Assembly (NCBI GenBank): GCA_963695335.1
Contig: OY968764.1
Coordinates: forward strand, 576,001 to 640,000
Reading direction: 5' to 3'
Origin: an uncultured bacterium
GTDB taxonomy: Bacteria; Babelota; Babeliae; Babelales; Vermiphilaceae
Length of the DNA: 64,000 nt
In this document: piece after piece, positions 47,360-58,251 of the stretch
How the letters are laid out: each line of letters starts with the position of its first letter
Numbering within the stretch: the stretch's first letter is position 1
Position numbers and translations under genes: made by a program
Notes under the pieces: generated by a model
Databases searched by the model: none
What the model was told of the DNA's origin: nothing
What the model saw: the letters and a program-made list of their open reading frames with translations, nothing else

Positions 47360-48990
47360 CTATTGGCCAGAAGTAGTTGCATCTTTTCGATTGTTTTTTT
47401 TTCGTGATTATTTTTTGCAAAAGGTTCAGCTTTCTTAATAAAGATATCAGCATTCTCTTTATTCTCCAAAGCGTAATGTACTTTTGCCAAATGTAGTAGC
47501 ATTGTGCCATTGTTGTGGTGAACAAGGTTTTCAAGAATATCTTGAGCTTGGCTATATTGTTTTTCTTTATACAAAATAACCGCCTGTGTATCTAAAAAGT
47601 ATGGATTTGAAGCATCAATGGTGAGTGCTTTATGTATAAAAGAATGTGCTTTTGCCGTATCTTTTCCTTTTGTTGCCCAATAATATGCAAGTGCATTGTT
47701 GATGTGCGCGTTGTGGGGATTAATTGTATAAGCATTTTCAAGATGTGTGCGCATGGTTTGGTGATCATTTTTTTCATAACAGAGCATTGCAAGTTGGTAC
47801 AATGTTTTTGCGTGTAATGTATCAGTCATAGTGCATGATAATGCGTTTGTAAGGCATTGCGTGGCACGATCATGTTGTGTATTCCGTAAACAAATATCAG
47901 CGCAATAAAGATTGCACCATAAATTATCAGGCGATTGTGTGAGTATATTATTAAATGTTTCAATAATCTGTGCATGCGGCATTTCATTGTGTGCAAGAAG
48001 AGATAATGTTTTTGGCCAGAGATCATTTTTTGGATCTGCGGTAATCCATGCAGTAATTGTGTGTGAGGCTTGTTTAAAATCTTTCATTGCTGATAAAATT
48101 TGTATTTTTAATAGTTTGCATTCATTGTTGTGCGGTTGTTGTTGGATGCAGCTATTAATATGGGCTAATGCTTGAGGGTAGCGATGTTGCTTGAATAAAA
48201 TAAGTGCGTTATCAATACTGATATTATGTGATAATAAAATACGATTATTATCATCCAATGACTTATATTTGAGCATGAGATTACAAAGATGTTTTTCTAT
48301 TTCTTTGTTGCCGCCTGAAAGTTCTAAGAAATTTGCGTAGCCCGCAAGCGCTTCTTTTATTTTACCTTCTTTTTCATATAATGATGCGCACAAAAGCCAG
48401 CCTTTATCAAAATGTGGATGCATTTCTAAGCATTTTTGAATATTTTCTAATGCTCGATTAAATTGACTCATTTGCATATATATTTGCGTCTTTAAAAAAT
48501 AAAAAACAAAGTTATTCGCTTTGCGAGGGCTGTTATTAAGAAATGCATCGATTGTGAGTAATGCATTTTCTGGCTCTTTCCGTTTGCTGTATGTTTGCGC
48601 CGCACGCAAGGTAATATCTGGATGTGTTTTAAATGTTTGACTCAGTGTGATGATATGATTATCCGCTTGTTCAAGGTGATTTGTTTTTTCTAAGGCAATA
48701 GCAAAAAGAAGTTGGATATCTGCATCATTACTAAATGTTTTTTGTATCTGTGGTATAAGATCTACAATCTGTTTGAACTGTTTTGTATCGGCAAGAAAAT
48801 TAAGATATCCCTTGTATGTGTAGACAGAATTATTGGTGGAAAAAAGTTTTTCATACCAGTTTTGTGCATGAGAGATGTTGCCTGAAAAATGATTGTAATT
48901 TGCCCAAAGGTAGTGATGGAGAGACTCAGGCCCGCTGCTTATAGCATTATATGTGATGCATGTAATGCATAATAAAAGATATTTCTTCAT
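47356..48990 (-). CDS. Exported tetratricopeptide-repeat protein
   Basis: Signal peptide MKKYLLL; TPR-like helices; NALAYYWA, YFLDTQAVILYK. Confidence 0.85.
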   Translation of the reverse strand: MKKYLLLCITCITYNAISSGPESLHHYLWANYNHFSGNISHAQNWYEKLFSTNNSVYTYKGYLNFLADTKQFKQIVDLIPQIQKTFSNDADIQLLFAIALEKTNHLEQADNHIITLSQTFKTHPDITLRAAQTYSKRKEPENALLTIDAFLNNSPRKANNFVFYFLKTQIYMQMSQFNRALENIQKCLEMHPHFDKGWLLCASLYEKEGKIKEALAGYANFLELSGGNKEIEKHLCNLMLKYKSLDDNNRILLSHNISIDNALILFKQHRYPQALAHINSCIQQQPHNNECKLLKIQILSAMKDFKQASHTITAWITADPKNDLWPKTLSLLAHNEMPHAQIIETFNNILTQSPDNLWCNLYCADICLRNTQHDRATQCLTNALSCTMTDTLHAKTLYQLAMLCYEKNDHQTMRTHLENAYTINPHNAHINNALAYYWATKGKDTAKAHSFIHKALTIDASNPYFLDTQAVILYKEKQYSQAQDILENLVHHNNGTMLLHLAKVHYALENKENADIFIKKAEPFAKNNHEKKTIEKMQLLLANR

Positions 48991-48992
48991 TG

Positions 48993-49424
48993 TTATTTCT
49001 CCTGATAACATCGAATTCTGAATGCTTTAAGTGCTTCTTGCAGCACAGGGTCGGTAATTTTTGCAAGCGCGTATTCATCTTCTTGCGTTAACACAACTTC
49101 TTTTTTTTTCTTAATAACAGCAGGAGCTATTTTTATTTTTTTGTGATGTTTGATACCAATCTGTTTGAAGCGTATCTCTTTGATGTATGGTTGGTCTAGC
49201 TTTTCATTGATTGTTTTAATAAGAAGGGGAGCGAGAAGATAGAGTTCTTGCATCCAGCAGGAATTAAGGACTCCAAGGATGAGCGTGTTATCATAAATTT
49301 TTTCAATACGGACTTTGCTGTGCAGAGGCCCAATGATATCATTCCATTTATACAAAAGATCAGTCTTCCAGTTTTGTTCTGGATTGATGATAGTATGGAG
49401 AATGTCTTTTAAATAAAGTGCCAT
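48993..49424 (-). CDS. DciA/DUF721 family protein
   Basis: WNDIIG...TLILGV.NSCWMQEL......LIKTIN......IKEIRF. Confidence 0.75.
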   Translation of the reverse strand: MALYLKDILHTIINPEQNWKTDLLYKWNDIIGPLHSKVRIEKIYDNTLILGVLNSCWMQELYLLAPLLIKTINEKLDQPYIKEIRFKQIGIKHHKKIKIAPAVIKKKKEVVLTQEDEYALAKITDPVLQEALKAFRIRCYQEK

Positions 49425-49458
49425 GAAATGTACCTTTGGCCCACTTTTAAAGTTGTGC

Positions 49459-50118
49459 TTACTTATCTTGAATCTGAATGAGCTTCATAGTATTCGAATT
49501 TTTGAGAGCATTACGTTCTTTTTCGTTTGATCGACTATTTTCAAAGGCTGTGTGGCAAAGATATAGTAAGAATAATTTGTCATGATCTTCATAATAACAA
49601 TAGCTTGGGCGATAAGATCCGAACCTATAGGAATCAATGTCTAGATAATCACAAAATCTTTTTTTAGCATCAGTGTATATTTGTTTTTCTAAGCCATTCA
49701 TATCATGAGTAAAGTTAAGTTGGTATAGTGTGTCGATGGTAGAACCTTTTACATTTTTGAATTGTTCAAATGTATGTTGTGTAAGGTTTTGTTTTAAGTA
49801 ATAAACATAGAAATGTTTTTCGGTGAGTTCTGAAAGTATACGTTTTTTTGCACTGTCAGGAAGGTTTGCTGGAATATAGGATTGTACTTTTTTTATTTCA
49901 GTAGCAGATTTTTCGGCAGATAAAAAATTGGCTTTCCAGTAACTTGCAATAGGACTTCTAATAGATCTACAACAATCATATTTGCCAATTCCCAGATGGT
50001 GAAGATCAATTTTATTATTAATTTTGTGTATCACAAGCTCATTTTCATTTTCCATTGCAGATAAAGAAAAAGCATTGAACGCCAGAGCACATAAAAACTG
50101 TTTTTGTATAGTTGTCAT
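49459..50118 (-). CDS. Secreted hypothetical protein
   Basis: GGGAG RBS; ...LSAMENE. Confidence 0.7.
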   Translation of the reverse strand: MTTIQKQFLCALAFNAFSLSAMENENELVIHKINNKIDLHHLGIGKYDCCRSIRSPIASYWKANFLSAEKSATEIKKVQSYIPANLPDSAKKRILSELTEKHFYVYYLKQNLTQHTFEQFKNVKGSTIDTLYQLNFTHDMNGLEKQIYTDAKKRFCDYLDIDSYRFGSYRPSYCYYEDHDKLFLLYLCHTAFENSRSNEKERNALKNSNTMKLIQIQDK

Positions 50119-50265
50119 GGAAACTCCCTAGAAATTTTGAATATAATGTTTTGTATCATGCTTAAGATAATGCGCATATTTTTTTTGTCTATGTTCTTGT
50201 GTTTTGTATACTATTATTGGTAAAAAATTGATTGTTATTAAAAAATATTTGCTTAGGGAGGCGGT

Positions 50266-50637
50266 ATGAAAAAGTTCGGTATGATTTTGTGCGTAATAGT
50301 TCAACCAATCATGATAAAAGGGATGGATAGTGCACAATCAAATAAAGCACAAGTTAAGAAGATGGAAATTGTCAGAAGAATATTTAGACAACAACGTAAT
50401 ACGGTAGAAATGAGTTTAGAAAGTAATTCACAGACTGAAGATGAAATGAGTATTAGTGGCAGTTTAAGTTCTAGTCAAAGTTCAAGTGGCAGTTTTCCAA
50501 TTTTTATTCCAAAAGAAGTTGTTCAAGAAAAATCAAGCAATTATAGATCTAAGCATGGTTATACCCCTCGACAAAGAGAGTCTTCAAAAAAATTCTTACA
50601 ATATCTAGGTACAGAGAAAGAAGTTGTATCATCATAG
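50266..50637 (+). CDS. Secreted Ser-rich hypothetical protein
   Basis: GGAGG RBS; ...IKGMDS. Confidence 0.65.
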   Translation: MKKFGMILCVIVQPIMIKGMDSAQSNKAQVKKMEIVRRIFRQQRNTVEMSLESNSQTEDEMSISGSLSSSQSSSGSFPIFIPKEVVQEKSSNYRSKHGYTPRQRESSKKFLQYLGTEKEVVSS

Positions 50638-50655
50638 CTTCTTTCTTCGTATTTT

Positions 50656-52698
50656 TTATTGACGAAATTCTTGCAATGCTTTTTGTGCAATGTCAGAAGC
50701 AATGTGAAAAGGTAAAAATCTATCAACTAAATTTTTTATGTTGTCAGGTAAAGATATATATACCTCATAATCTGGATCATTCTTATCAATAACTATTTTG
50801 ACATTGTTCGTATGTGCAATGTAAAGACGATATAAAAAGCGTGATTGAGAAAGTGTTATAGGAGTGTAAGGAACATCACGCATCATGATAAGATCAGTCA
50901 TCTTCCATATAGTAAATAAGAAATCATTTGTAGGCAGATGGGTAGCAATAATATAATCATTTTTAGGACTAAATTTAATGGTTGCATATGGTTTGACAGG
51001 TATAAAAAGTGATTTTGGTGAGTTATTAAACACGACTGTTATATATCCAGGGTAGCATGCTAGCATTATATATTGAGAATCAGAACTTTCAATTGCGTAC
51101 TGTAAATCATAGCCGCCATTTAATATAGCTTTTACATTTTTTTTAAATTTAAATGGAGGCATTGGGTAATATTGTTTACATATTATTTTTTGATCCTGAG
51201 GTTCAGTTTGTAATACACCTATAGCATTTTCATTGATTGCAAAAATTGCATGATTGAAGAGGAAATTAGCCGCGAATTCCCAAAGTGTTTTTCCAGTGGG
51301 AGAACTTGTTATATATGTGTGTAAATCTTCTGGGATGTATGCGAAGTAGGGAATAGAATATCCAAGGGGGATTGGTTTTGGATTATTCACTTGCCATAAT
51401 GTTCGACCATGAATATCGAGCTTTGCTATAGGTTTTTTACTTGCTACATCCCATACGATGGTATACTTTCCACTGTCTGTAGATATTATATATTTGTTGT
51501 CAGGGGTAAAATGTGCTTGAATAACGTGATCTATATGTGCAGCCCAAGGACCTTCATATGAAAGATTAGTTATTTTTTGAAAATTAGTAGCATCCCATAA
51601 AATGAGGTTATTTGGATAATCGTCATTTGACCCTGAAACTATATATTGCCCATTCGGGCTGAATTGGATGGTGTTAACCTGAGCGGTATGCCCTTGTAGG
51701 GCAGGTAAATCAATCCAATCTGCTGTATTTTTGTGTGATTTAATATTGATGATGCCAGGTGTATTGAGATTGTTATAAAGACAATACTTATCATCCGGGC
51801 TGAATGTTATACGATTGCTATTGTATACATCAAAAGCTGTTATTCTAGAAATATAATCATATACAGTATAACGACGATTATCTATATGTACCATGATATA
51901 GGTACCAGCAGAACTGAACTGTATATTATTGATAGAGCTATTAATAGGTCTGATTATTTGTTCTGCGCTGAGATCACAGAGTAAACTTTTGTGATGATTA
52001 TATCGATCATTTAATAAGAGATATTGGCCGTTTGGGCTTATTTTTGTGACAGGGGTAACAGCAAGAGGTCTAGCATTTTGAGGAACTTCAGGTGATATAA
52101 ATTCTATTGCGAGGCTGTTTGTGAAATATTCAATAATTGGAGCGAGAAGATGAAGGCTGATTTTTTCTTGTACATCTGAAGATAAAATTGCAGATGCTAA
52201 TGCAGCGGATAATGCATTTGCCTCCAGATCAAATGCGGTGTTGATTAATGTTTCGTAGTCAGCTTGATTGTTTTGTTTTGTAGATATGAGAAATATTAAT
52301 AATTTTTTTGGGTCTTCTGAAACTTCGAGCGCTGTTTTTATAAGATTGAGGGTATTTGTTGAGGTATCAACAATTGCTCCATTGTTTTTTTGTAAGCGTG
52401 ACGCATCAATAGGATTATTTTTACTGTTTGTTCCTTTTTGATTAATCAACAACAGTTGTAATACTTTTATTTGGTCAACTTGCCATTCTGGCATAGCGAT
52501 TATTTGATTATCCGATGTTTTTACCCAAATATTTTTCCATTTTTCAACGCGAGGAGGTTTTTCTACTTCCATAGAAGATGTTGGTTTGGAAGGCTCTTCA
52601 TGGAGTCTTTTCATTCCATAGATTGATCCAATGAGTGCAAAAAGCGGTAAAATATATAAAAATTGTTTAAGCAGGCGTCTATTTGATGTTCTTTTCAC
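50656..52698 (-). CDS. Secreted WD40-repeat protein with Skp1/POZ-like N-terminal domain
   Basis: IYGMKRLHEE; IWVKTSDNQII...LINTAFDLEANAL; GHTAQVNTIQFSPNGQYIVSGS...ILWD and further FSP repeats. Confidence 0.8.
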   Translation of the reverse strand: MKRTSNRRLLKQFLYILPLFALIGSIYGMKRLHEEPSKPTSSMEVEKPPRVEKWKNIWVKTSDNQIIAMPEWQVDQIKVLQLLLINQKGTNSKNNPIDASRLQKNNGAIVDTSTNTLNLIKTALEVSEDPKKLLIFLISTKQNNQADYETLINTAFDLEANALSAALASAILSSDVQEKISLHLLAPIIEYFTNSLAIEFISPEVPQNARPLAVTPVTKISPNGQYLLLNDRYNHHKSLLCDLSAEQIIRPINSSINNIQFSSAGTYIMVHIDNRRYTVYDYISRITAFDVYNSNRITFSPDDKYCLYNNLNTPGIINIKSHKNTADWIDLPALQGHTAQVNTIQFSPNGQYIVSGSNDDYPNNLILWDATNFQKITNLSYEGPWAAHIDHVIQAHFTPDNKYIISTDSGKYTIVWDVASKKPIAKLDIHGRTLWQVNNPKPIPLGYSIPYFAYIPEDLHTYITSSPTGKTLWEFAANFLFNHAIFAINENAIGVLQTEPQDQKIICKQYYPMPPFKFKKNVKAILNGGYDLQYAIESSDSQYIMLACYPGYITVVFNNSPKSLFIPVKPYATIKFSPKNDYIIATHLPTNDFLFTIWKMTDLIMMRDVPYTPITLSQSRFLYRLYIAHTNNVKIVIDKNDPDYEVYISLPDNIKNLVDRFLPFHIASDIAQKALQEFRQ

Positions 52699-52779
52699 AA
52701 CTACCCCTATTTTTATATTGTAAAATAAACTATCAATTATGATTGTAAATTAATTTCAGTCATAAAATCAATAATATGA

Positions 52780-53505
52780 TTAAAATAGATTTTTTGTTTG
52801 TAAATAGAGGTTGCGCCAAAAGATGGTAGCACTTCCTGGCATTGGTGGATGCAGTTGTGCTTGTTGGAGTTTTGTGATGAGTGGAAAAAGATTGGGGTTA
52901 TTACTGTTTGTTTGTTTTTGATAGGTTGTTAACCAATATTGAATGATTTGATCAAGAAGTTCAATGCTTTCCCGTTCATTAAGAGCTGCGCTATCAATGA
53001 TTTTAGAGAAATCAACAGTTGCAGATTGCTTTGTGGTAAAGCATTCAAAGAGTGGGTGTGAGTTGTGGGTTTGTGTTGTTGTTTCTAATGTATTAACAAT
53101 GCACCGCGATATAATAGTTGGTAGTATGTTTTCAGTTCGCTCGGCAAGCAAGATAAAATGGTATCCGTGCGGAGGCTCTTCCATTGGCTTTAACAATTTG
53201 TTTGCGCATGCAGGAGTTAAAAAATCAGCTTTTTGAATAATAAAAAAGAAATGTTCATCTGGTTGTAACTGGAATGAGAGCGTTGAAAAAACATCATCGA
53301 ATTGATCGATGGTGTAATTTTTTTCTGGATGTAGCCACATCAGTGCATGATGTTGTTTTTCTCTAATTTGCATGCATGTTGCGCAAGTATGGCAGCCATT
53401 ATTTTTGCACAGCATCTGCTGTAACAATTTTTCAACTGTCTCAACAGTTTGATTATGACGGCCAATATACAGTTGTGCGGGAGGAAACATGTGATTGTTA
53501 TTCAT
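52780..53505 (-). CDS. holB: DNA polymerase III delta' subunit
   Basis: C...GCHTCATC...H, ANKLLKPMEEPP, ILPTIISRC; downstream of tmk. Confidence 0.85.
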   Translation of the reverse strand: MNNNHMFPPAQLYIGRHNQTVETVEKLLQQMLCKNNGCHTCATCMQIREKQHHALMWLHPEKNYTIDQFDDVFSTLSFQLQPDEHFFFIIQKADFLTPACANKLLKPMEEPPHGYHFILLAERTENILPTIISRCIVNTLETTTQTHNSHPLFECFTTKQSATVDFSKIIDSAALNERESIELLDQIIQYWLTTYQKQTNSNNPNLFPLITKLQQAQLHPPMPGSATIFWRNLYLQTKNLF

Positions 53506-54826
53506 TAAGATTCTCTTTTATTTCGAACTCAGGATTATTCAAAAATTGTGCTATGGATTCACCTTCTGTAAAATCAATTGAATGTTTTTCCCATTTATAT
53601 GAATCAATTCTATTTTTTATGAGTGCTATTGCCACTGTTACTAAGGTAACTCCAATTAATCCATCTTGGGTGCCTTCTGGGAAAACCTCTTTGGATAAGT
53701 AGTATAAGATGGGGGTCATTATTGTTGCCAAAAGTAAGCTTGGGAAATATAGAGGCCCATAATATTGCATTTTCCACCATAGAGAAAGGTCTTTTCTAAA
53801 CACACAGTGATCATTGAATATTAAGAATGCTTGGTACATGAGAGCCTTAGGTAGCAATGGTTTGACAAGATTACCCCAATCTGACCACGAATAGGTATAC
53901 GGTACTTCATTGATAACATGTTTAATAAGATGTTCGCTGCCATCAATATGTAATTTTTTTAAGTTATCTATGATTGTATTTGCATTTTCAAATGCGATGT
54001 TTTGTTGAAGAAGCAGAGGATTTTGGGATCCTGTGATACTGTCCCATGTTGGTTCGATAAAAAAACGAGTATAGAGCAGTGGTAAGATTATATATGGCAA
54101 AACTGTTTTGCAGGCATAAAAAGCATCATGTGCCATGACACTCATTTTTTTACTTATTGGCAGTTTGCCTTCACGGCAAAGGAAGGTCACTCCTGAACAC
54201 ATCAGTTTTTCGAATAAATCTGGATGTAATTCATTCAACATCATCAGTTCGCTATTTGTTGCCATTTGTTGCCGCGCATGTTTTTTTTGTACCGCTTGAG
54301 CCGTTTTTATGTGGGTTTTAGTCGTACTAAATAGTTCTTGTTTGGTTAAATGAATGGTTTTCTTATAGTTCCAATAACCACCATGAAAGTCATAGTTACC
54401 TCTGTAAGTGATTGTAATATCTAGATAGTCTTTATCATGGCATTGTTTATCGACTTCAGCTTTTTTTACCAATAATTCAAGAATTGTTTCCTTGCTGAGC
54501 TTTTCTTGTAATGTTTCTGATGGCTGTGAGGTTTCTGCGAGAATAAAACTTTGATGTTCTTTTTGTGGTAAAAGAGCAAGGTGAAGGGCTGCGGATAATA
54601 TTTTATTTTCTTTATTTTGTTCTACTTTTTCCCATATAATTTTTTGAACAGGCTTTTGTATCTTATCAAAGGTTGTTTTTGCTTTTGCAAAGGTCATGTG
54701 AGGAAACATTTGTATAAAAAGCCGAGCAGCATTATTGTTTTGCTGCTCTGTTAATTCCATACAATTGCATGTAAAAATAAGAAATAAAAAAATATTGATC
54801 AAAGATAATTGTTTGTGTGTATCCAT
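53498..54826 (-). CDS. Secreted/membrane hypothetical protein between tmk and holB
   Basis: ...CNCMELTE; several C-terminal hydrophobic segments; overlaps both neighbours. Confidence 0.7.
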   Translation of the reverse strand: MDTHKQLSLINIFLFLIFTCNCMELTEQQNNNAARLFIQMFPHMTFAKAKTTFDKIQKPVQKIIWEKVEQNKENKILSAALHLALLPQKEHQSFILAETSQPSETLQEKLSKETILELLVKKAEVDKQCHDKDYLDITITYRGNYDFHGGYWNYKKTIHLTKQELFSTTKTHIKTAQAVQKKHARQQMATNSELMMLNELHPDLFEKLMCSGVTFLCREGKLPISKKMSVMAHDAFYACKTVLPYIILPLLYTRFFIEPTWDSITGSQNPLLLQQNIAFENANTIIDNLKKLHIDGSEHLIKHVINEVPYTYSWSDWGNLVKPLLPKALMYQAFLIFNDHCVFRKDLSLWWKMQYYGPLYFPSLLLATIMTPILYYLSKEVFPEGTQDGLIGVTLVTVAIALIKNRIDSYKWEKHSIDFTEGESIAQFLNNPEFEIKENLNE

Positions 54827-55437
54827 TGTGTAATTGCGTTGCAAACTTGCGTAGTAAGATTTTCTTGTGATTCTATTCCATTGACAATTATAACATCTTT
54901 GCGATTTTTATAAATCTTTTCAAACCCGTCTGCAACTTTGTATAAAAAGTTTTCACGTTTTTCATATGCAGATAAAGAACCACGTTTTTTTGCACGTTCA
55001 AGCGCAAGTTCAACCGGAACACGCACAAAAATAGTAATATCAGGAATAATTGAACTCATCGTCCAGCTGTTAATAATGTTGATCATTTCTAGATCAAGTC
55101 CGTTGCCGTATCCTTGGTATGTTAATGATGAATCTGACATGCGATCGGAAATAATTAATTTTTTTTGTTCAAGTGATGGAATAATCAGTTCAGCAAAATG
55201 TTGTGCACGGTCTGAGGCAAAAAGTAAATATTCAGCTTTTGGTGTGAGAGGAATATTTTGGGTCTGTATAAGCTTGCGAATTTCTTTGCCAAGCTCAGAG
55301 GCTCCTGGCTCTTTGGTGAGCGTTGTATCAAATTCTTGTTCGCGTAAATGGGTGGATAGATTATGGGCAAGGGTTGATTTTCCAGATCCGTCAATTCCTT
55401 CGATGGCGATGAGAATGCCTTTGCGTAAGTATGGCAT
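54799..55437 (-). CDS. tmk: Thymidylate kinase
   Basis: IEGIDGSGKST, KEPG, DRAQH, SDRMSDSSLTYQG. Confidence 0.96.
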   Translation of the reverse strand: MPYLRKGILIAIEGIDGSGKSTLAHNLSTHLREQEFDTTLTKEPGASELGKEIRKLIQTQNIPLTPKAEYLLFASDRAQHFAELIIPSLEQKKLIISDRMSDSSLTYQGYGNGLDLEMINIINSWTMSSIIPDITIFVRVPVELALERAKKRGSLSAYEKRENFLYKVADGFEKIYKNRKDVIIVNGIESQENLTTQVCNAITQWIHTNNYL

Positions 55438-55518
55438 AAGTTACCTTTTTGTGTGAAATAGGCTATGATAAAATATGATAATAAACAAGGTTATTATAGC
55501 ATCATTTTTGGGTTATGT

Positions 55519-55704
55519 ATGAAAAACGTCAAAGTAGAACCTGGGTGTATTAGTTGTGGTTCATGTCAATTTATAGCGCCAGAAGTTTTTGAAATTGTGA
55601 GCACGTCTCAGGTAAAATATCCGGTAGATTTTCAAAAGTTTGCGGAACGCATTAAAGACGCTGCAGCTAAATGTCCTGTGCAGGTTATAAAAATAGAAGA
55701 GTAA
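55519..55704 (+). CDS. Single-cluster ferredoxin
   Basis: CISCGSC...APEVF...CPVQVI. Confidence 0.88.
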   Translation: MKNVKVEPGCISCGSCQFIAPEVFEIVSTSQVKYPVDFQKFAERIKDAAAKCPVQVIKIEE

Positions 55705-55709
55705 AAATA

Positions 55710-57272
55710 ATGATACGTAATCAAGCAACATTAGAAAAAGAACAACATCTGTTTGATCAGTTGTACCAGACAGTGTTGAGGAACGGCAAACTTATGTTTG
55801 CGGGCAGATTGTTACAAAGAGCAGTGCAGCAGCATGGTGATACAGTTGCTCTTATTTTTCAGGATAAACATATCACGTACAAAAAGTTGTATGCTTTGGC
55901 CTCGCATTGAGTAAAAAAATTGTTGCAAAGTATGGATTAAAACCGCGCGATAGAGGCATTATTTGCTTTGAAAATTCTCCTGAGTTTTATATTGCGTATT
56001 TTGCGTTGTGGCAGGCTGGAGTGATTGTTGCTCCTGTTAATACTTTTTTAAAAGAAAAAGAACTAGCACATATTATAGCTCATGCTGAGCCTGCAATTAT
56101 TATGACATCATCGGATCGCATAGAACTGTTTGAAAAAACGGAAGTTGCATTACCTCCTATCGTTACTGAACGTGATATTGACGATGTTGATGAATCCGCA
56201 GAAATTAAAGATACAATCGTTGACTTGGATCCAGAAGAGTTGGCAGCATTACTCTATACTTCAGGAACAACAGGAGTACCCAAAGGTGTGATGTTGAGCT
56301 CAAAAAATATTATGACGAATGTGCTGCAGATTGCTTCTTTGCTACCCAAACCATCAGAAGAACGAATTTTAGGCGTGCTGCCTTTGTTCCATAGTTTTGC
56401 TCAAAATACATGTGTGTGGGCAAGTCTTTTTTATGGTATCACTATTATTTTAGTTCCTAAAATTGATCGGCGTTATATTCTTGAATCTTTAACTCATAAG
56501 CCAACGGTGTTTTTAGGAGTTCCTGCACTGTATGGCTTACTTTGTTTAATGAAAACAGCACCACTTAATTCTGTACGTATTTTTGTCTCTGGTGGCGATG
56601 CATTACCTGATAAAATCCGATCAGCCTTTGCATTGGTGTATCGTAGAAAATTGGTTAATGGATATGGCCTTACTGAAACTACACCTGTACTTTCTGCTAA
56701 TCTTGATGATGATACTGTTCCTGCTGGGAATGTGGGAAGACCATTGGTTGGTATTGAGTGCGCGATTCGTGATGAGCATGGTGCTGATTTGCCTCAAGGC
56801 AATATTGGTGTGATTTGGGCGAAAGGTGACAATATTATGCTTGGATATTACAAATCACCAGAAGCAACTGAAAAAGTATTACAAAATGGGTGGTTTAATA
56901 CTGGTGATCTTGGATATCTTGACCACAAAGGCAGAATTGTTATCACAGGACGTGAAAAAGATCTCATTATCAATAAAGGTGTTAATATTTATCCCTCAAG
57001 AAATTGAAAATGTTATTTTGTTGTATCCCAACGCTATTCGTGTGGGAGTTGTTGGAACGCATGTTGGGGATGGAGAAGTTCCGGTTGCTTTTGTGCAATT
57101 GCGTTCTACCGAAGAACATTGTGAACGTAATCTGAAAAAACTGTGTATGCAGCATTTGGCAGCGTATAAAGTTCCGCGACAATTTTATTGTGATACAAAA
57201 GAGCTTCCTGCAACGGCGACTGGTAAAGTTGATAAAAAAGTGTTGCGAGCATGGCTTGCTGAAAAAGTTTGA
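55710..57272 (+). pseudogene. Long-chain fatty-acid-CoA ligase split by two single-base frameshifts (or sequencing errors)
   Basis: YTSGTTGVPKG, GYGLTE, TGDLG, NIYP/QEIE, YKVPR, TGKVDK over three overlapping ORFs; breaks near 55904 and 56993-56995. Confidence 0.85.
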
Positions 57273-57385
57273 TTTTATTTGTTGCCTGAGGTAGTTTGTA
57301 GCGAATATAATTTTTATAACCTCCATTTCCCTTATCTTTGACATTCGTGTCTTAGGTGAGGGAATTTTTTTACCCCATTTTTTAT

Positions 57386-57443
57386 CCCCAATTTGCGTTC
57401 CACTCCAATCGGGGTCCCCATTGGAATAAAATGGAAATGGGGG
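57386..57443. repeat. Family B repeat
   Basis: ccccaatttgcgttccactccaatcggggtccccattggaataaaatggaaatggggg. Confidence 0.88.
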
Positions 57444-57456
57444 TTGGTTGGGGATT

Positions 57457-58140
57457 TTATTTTTTGAAGAGCTGCTTAATGTCATTGATAGTGACCCGAG
57501 TAACAAGCAAGAGAAATAGTGCAAGAAATATTGTCGAGATAAGCCATAAAACAGTTGGCGCAATAGTTGTCCCTGTTATTGTTTCTATAGTGATGACAAA
57601 AGCCTTTCCGCCATCAAAAAATGGCAGCGGAAGTATGTTCAAAAGGCCGATGTTTAAGCTGAGCACGCCGAGAACAAACCAGAAAAGACGTGGGTTAATC
57701 GCAAGACTGTTGCCAATAAGGTTAATAATCCCAATTGGCCCTATAATACGATTTTCTTCTTTAAGTTCTTCTGATTGGGCAGGGGTTATGGTATTGAATA
57801 GAGTATTTTTAAGAGTTGTGTCATTGCGTATGCTGAAATAGAGCAAGATTGCATAGGCAAAAATAAAGTTAAAAAGTACACCGGCAAAAATAATAAGCAT
57901 TTTGGGTAGATACGGCAGGGTGGCAAGAATTTTTTCATCTATTTCAACGTAGCCGCCGAATGGTAAAAGACTTATCTGGAACATGGTTTGCCCAATAGGC
58001 ATAGAGCATATCGCTGGCCCAAAGCCAATAGAAAAAACAGGGGTTGGTACACCAAAAAGGTGCGCAAAAAGAAAATGCCCCATCTCGTGAATAAGAATAA
58101 TAAGACTTATTCCTGCTAATCCGCCGATAATATTCCTCAT
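57457..58140 (-). CDS. Site-2 (M50, RseP-like) metalloprotease without PDZ domain
   Basis: IHEMGH, FSIGFGP, PFGGYV, NILPLPFFDGG. Confidence 0.88.
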   Translation of the reverse strand: MRNIIGGLAGISLIILIHEMGHFLFAHLFGVPTPVFSIGFGPAICSMPIGQTMFQISLLPFGGYVEIDEKILATLPYLPKMLIIFAGVLFNFIFAYAILLYFSIRNDTTLKNTLFNTITPAQSEELKEENRIIGPIGIINLIGNSLAINPRLFWFVLGVLSLNIGLLNILPLPFFDGGKAFVITIETITGTTIAPTVLWLISTIFLALFLLLVTRVTINDIKQLFKK

Positions 58141-58251
58141 AGTTTCCTTTCACTTTGAGTATATAAAACCCTTATGATAAAAAGCAATATTGCTAAAAAT
58201 CTTGTGTAATAAGCCCAGGTTTTATTATATTGAAATCAGAAAGGGCGTTAT

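Noticed and set aside
55890..57010. Programmed frameshifting in the acyl-CoA ligase
   Set aside because: No slippery heptamer or stimulatory structure at either break; two shifts would be needed.
56982..57841. ORFs 56982..57563 (-) and 57356..57841 (+)
   Set aside because: Antisense to real genes and partly made of repeat B sequence.
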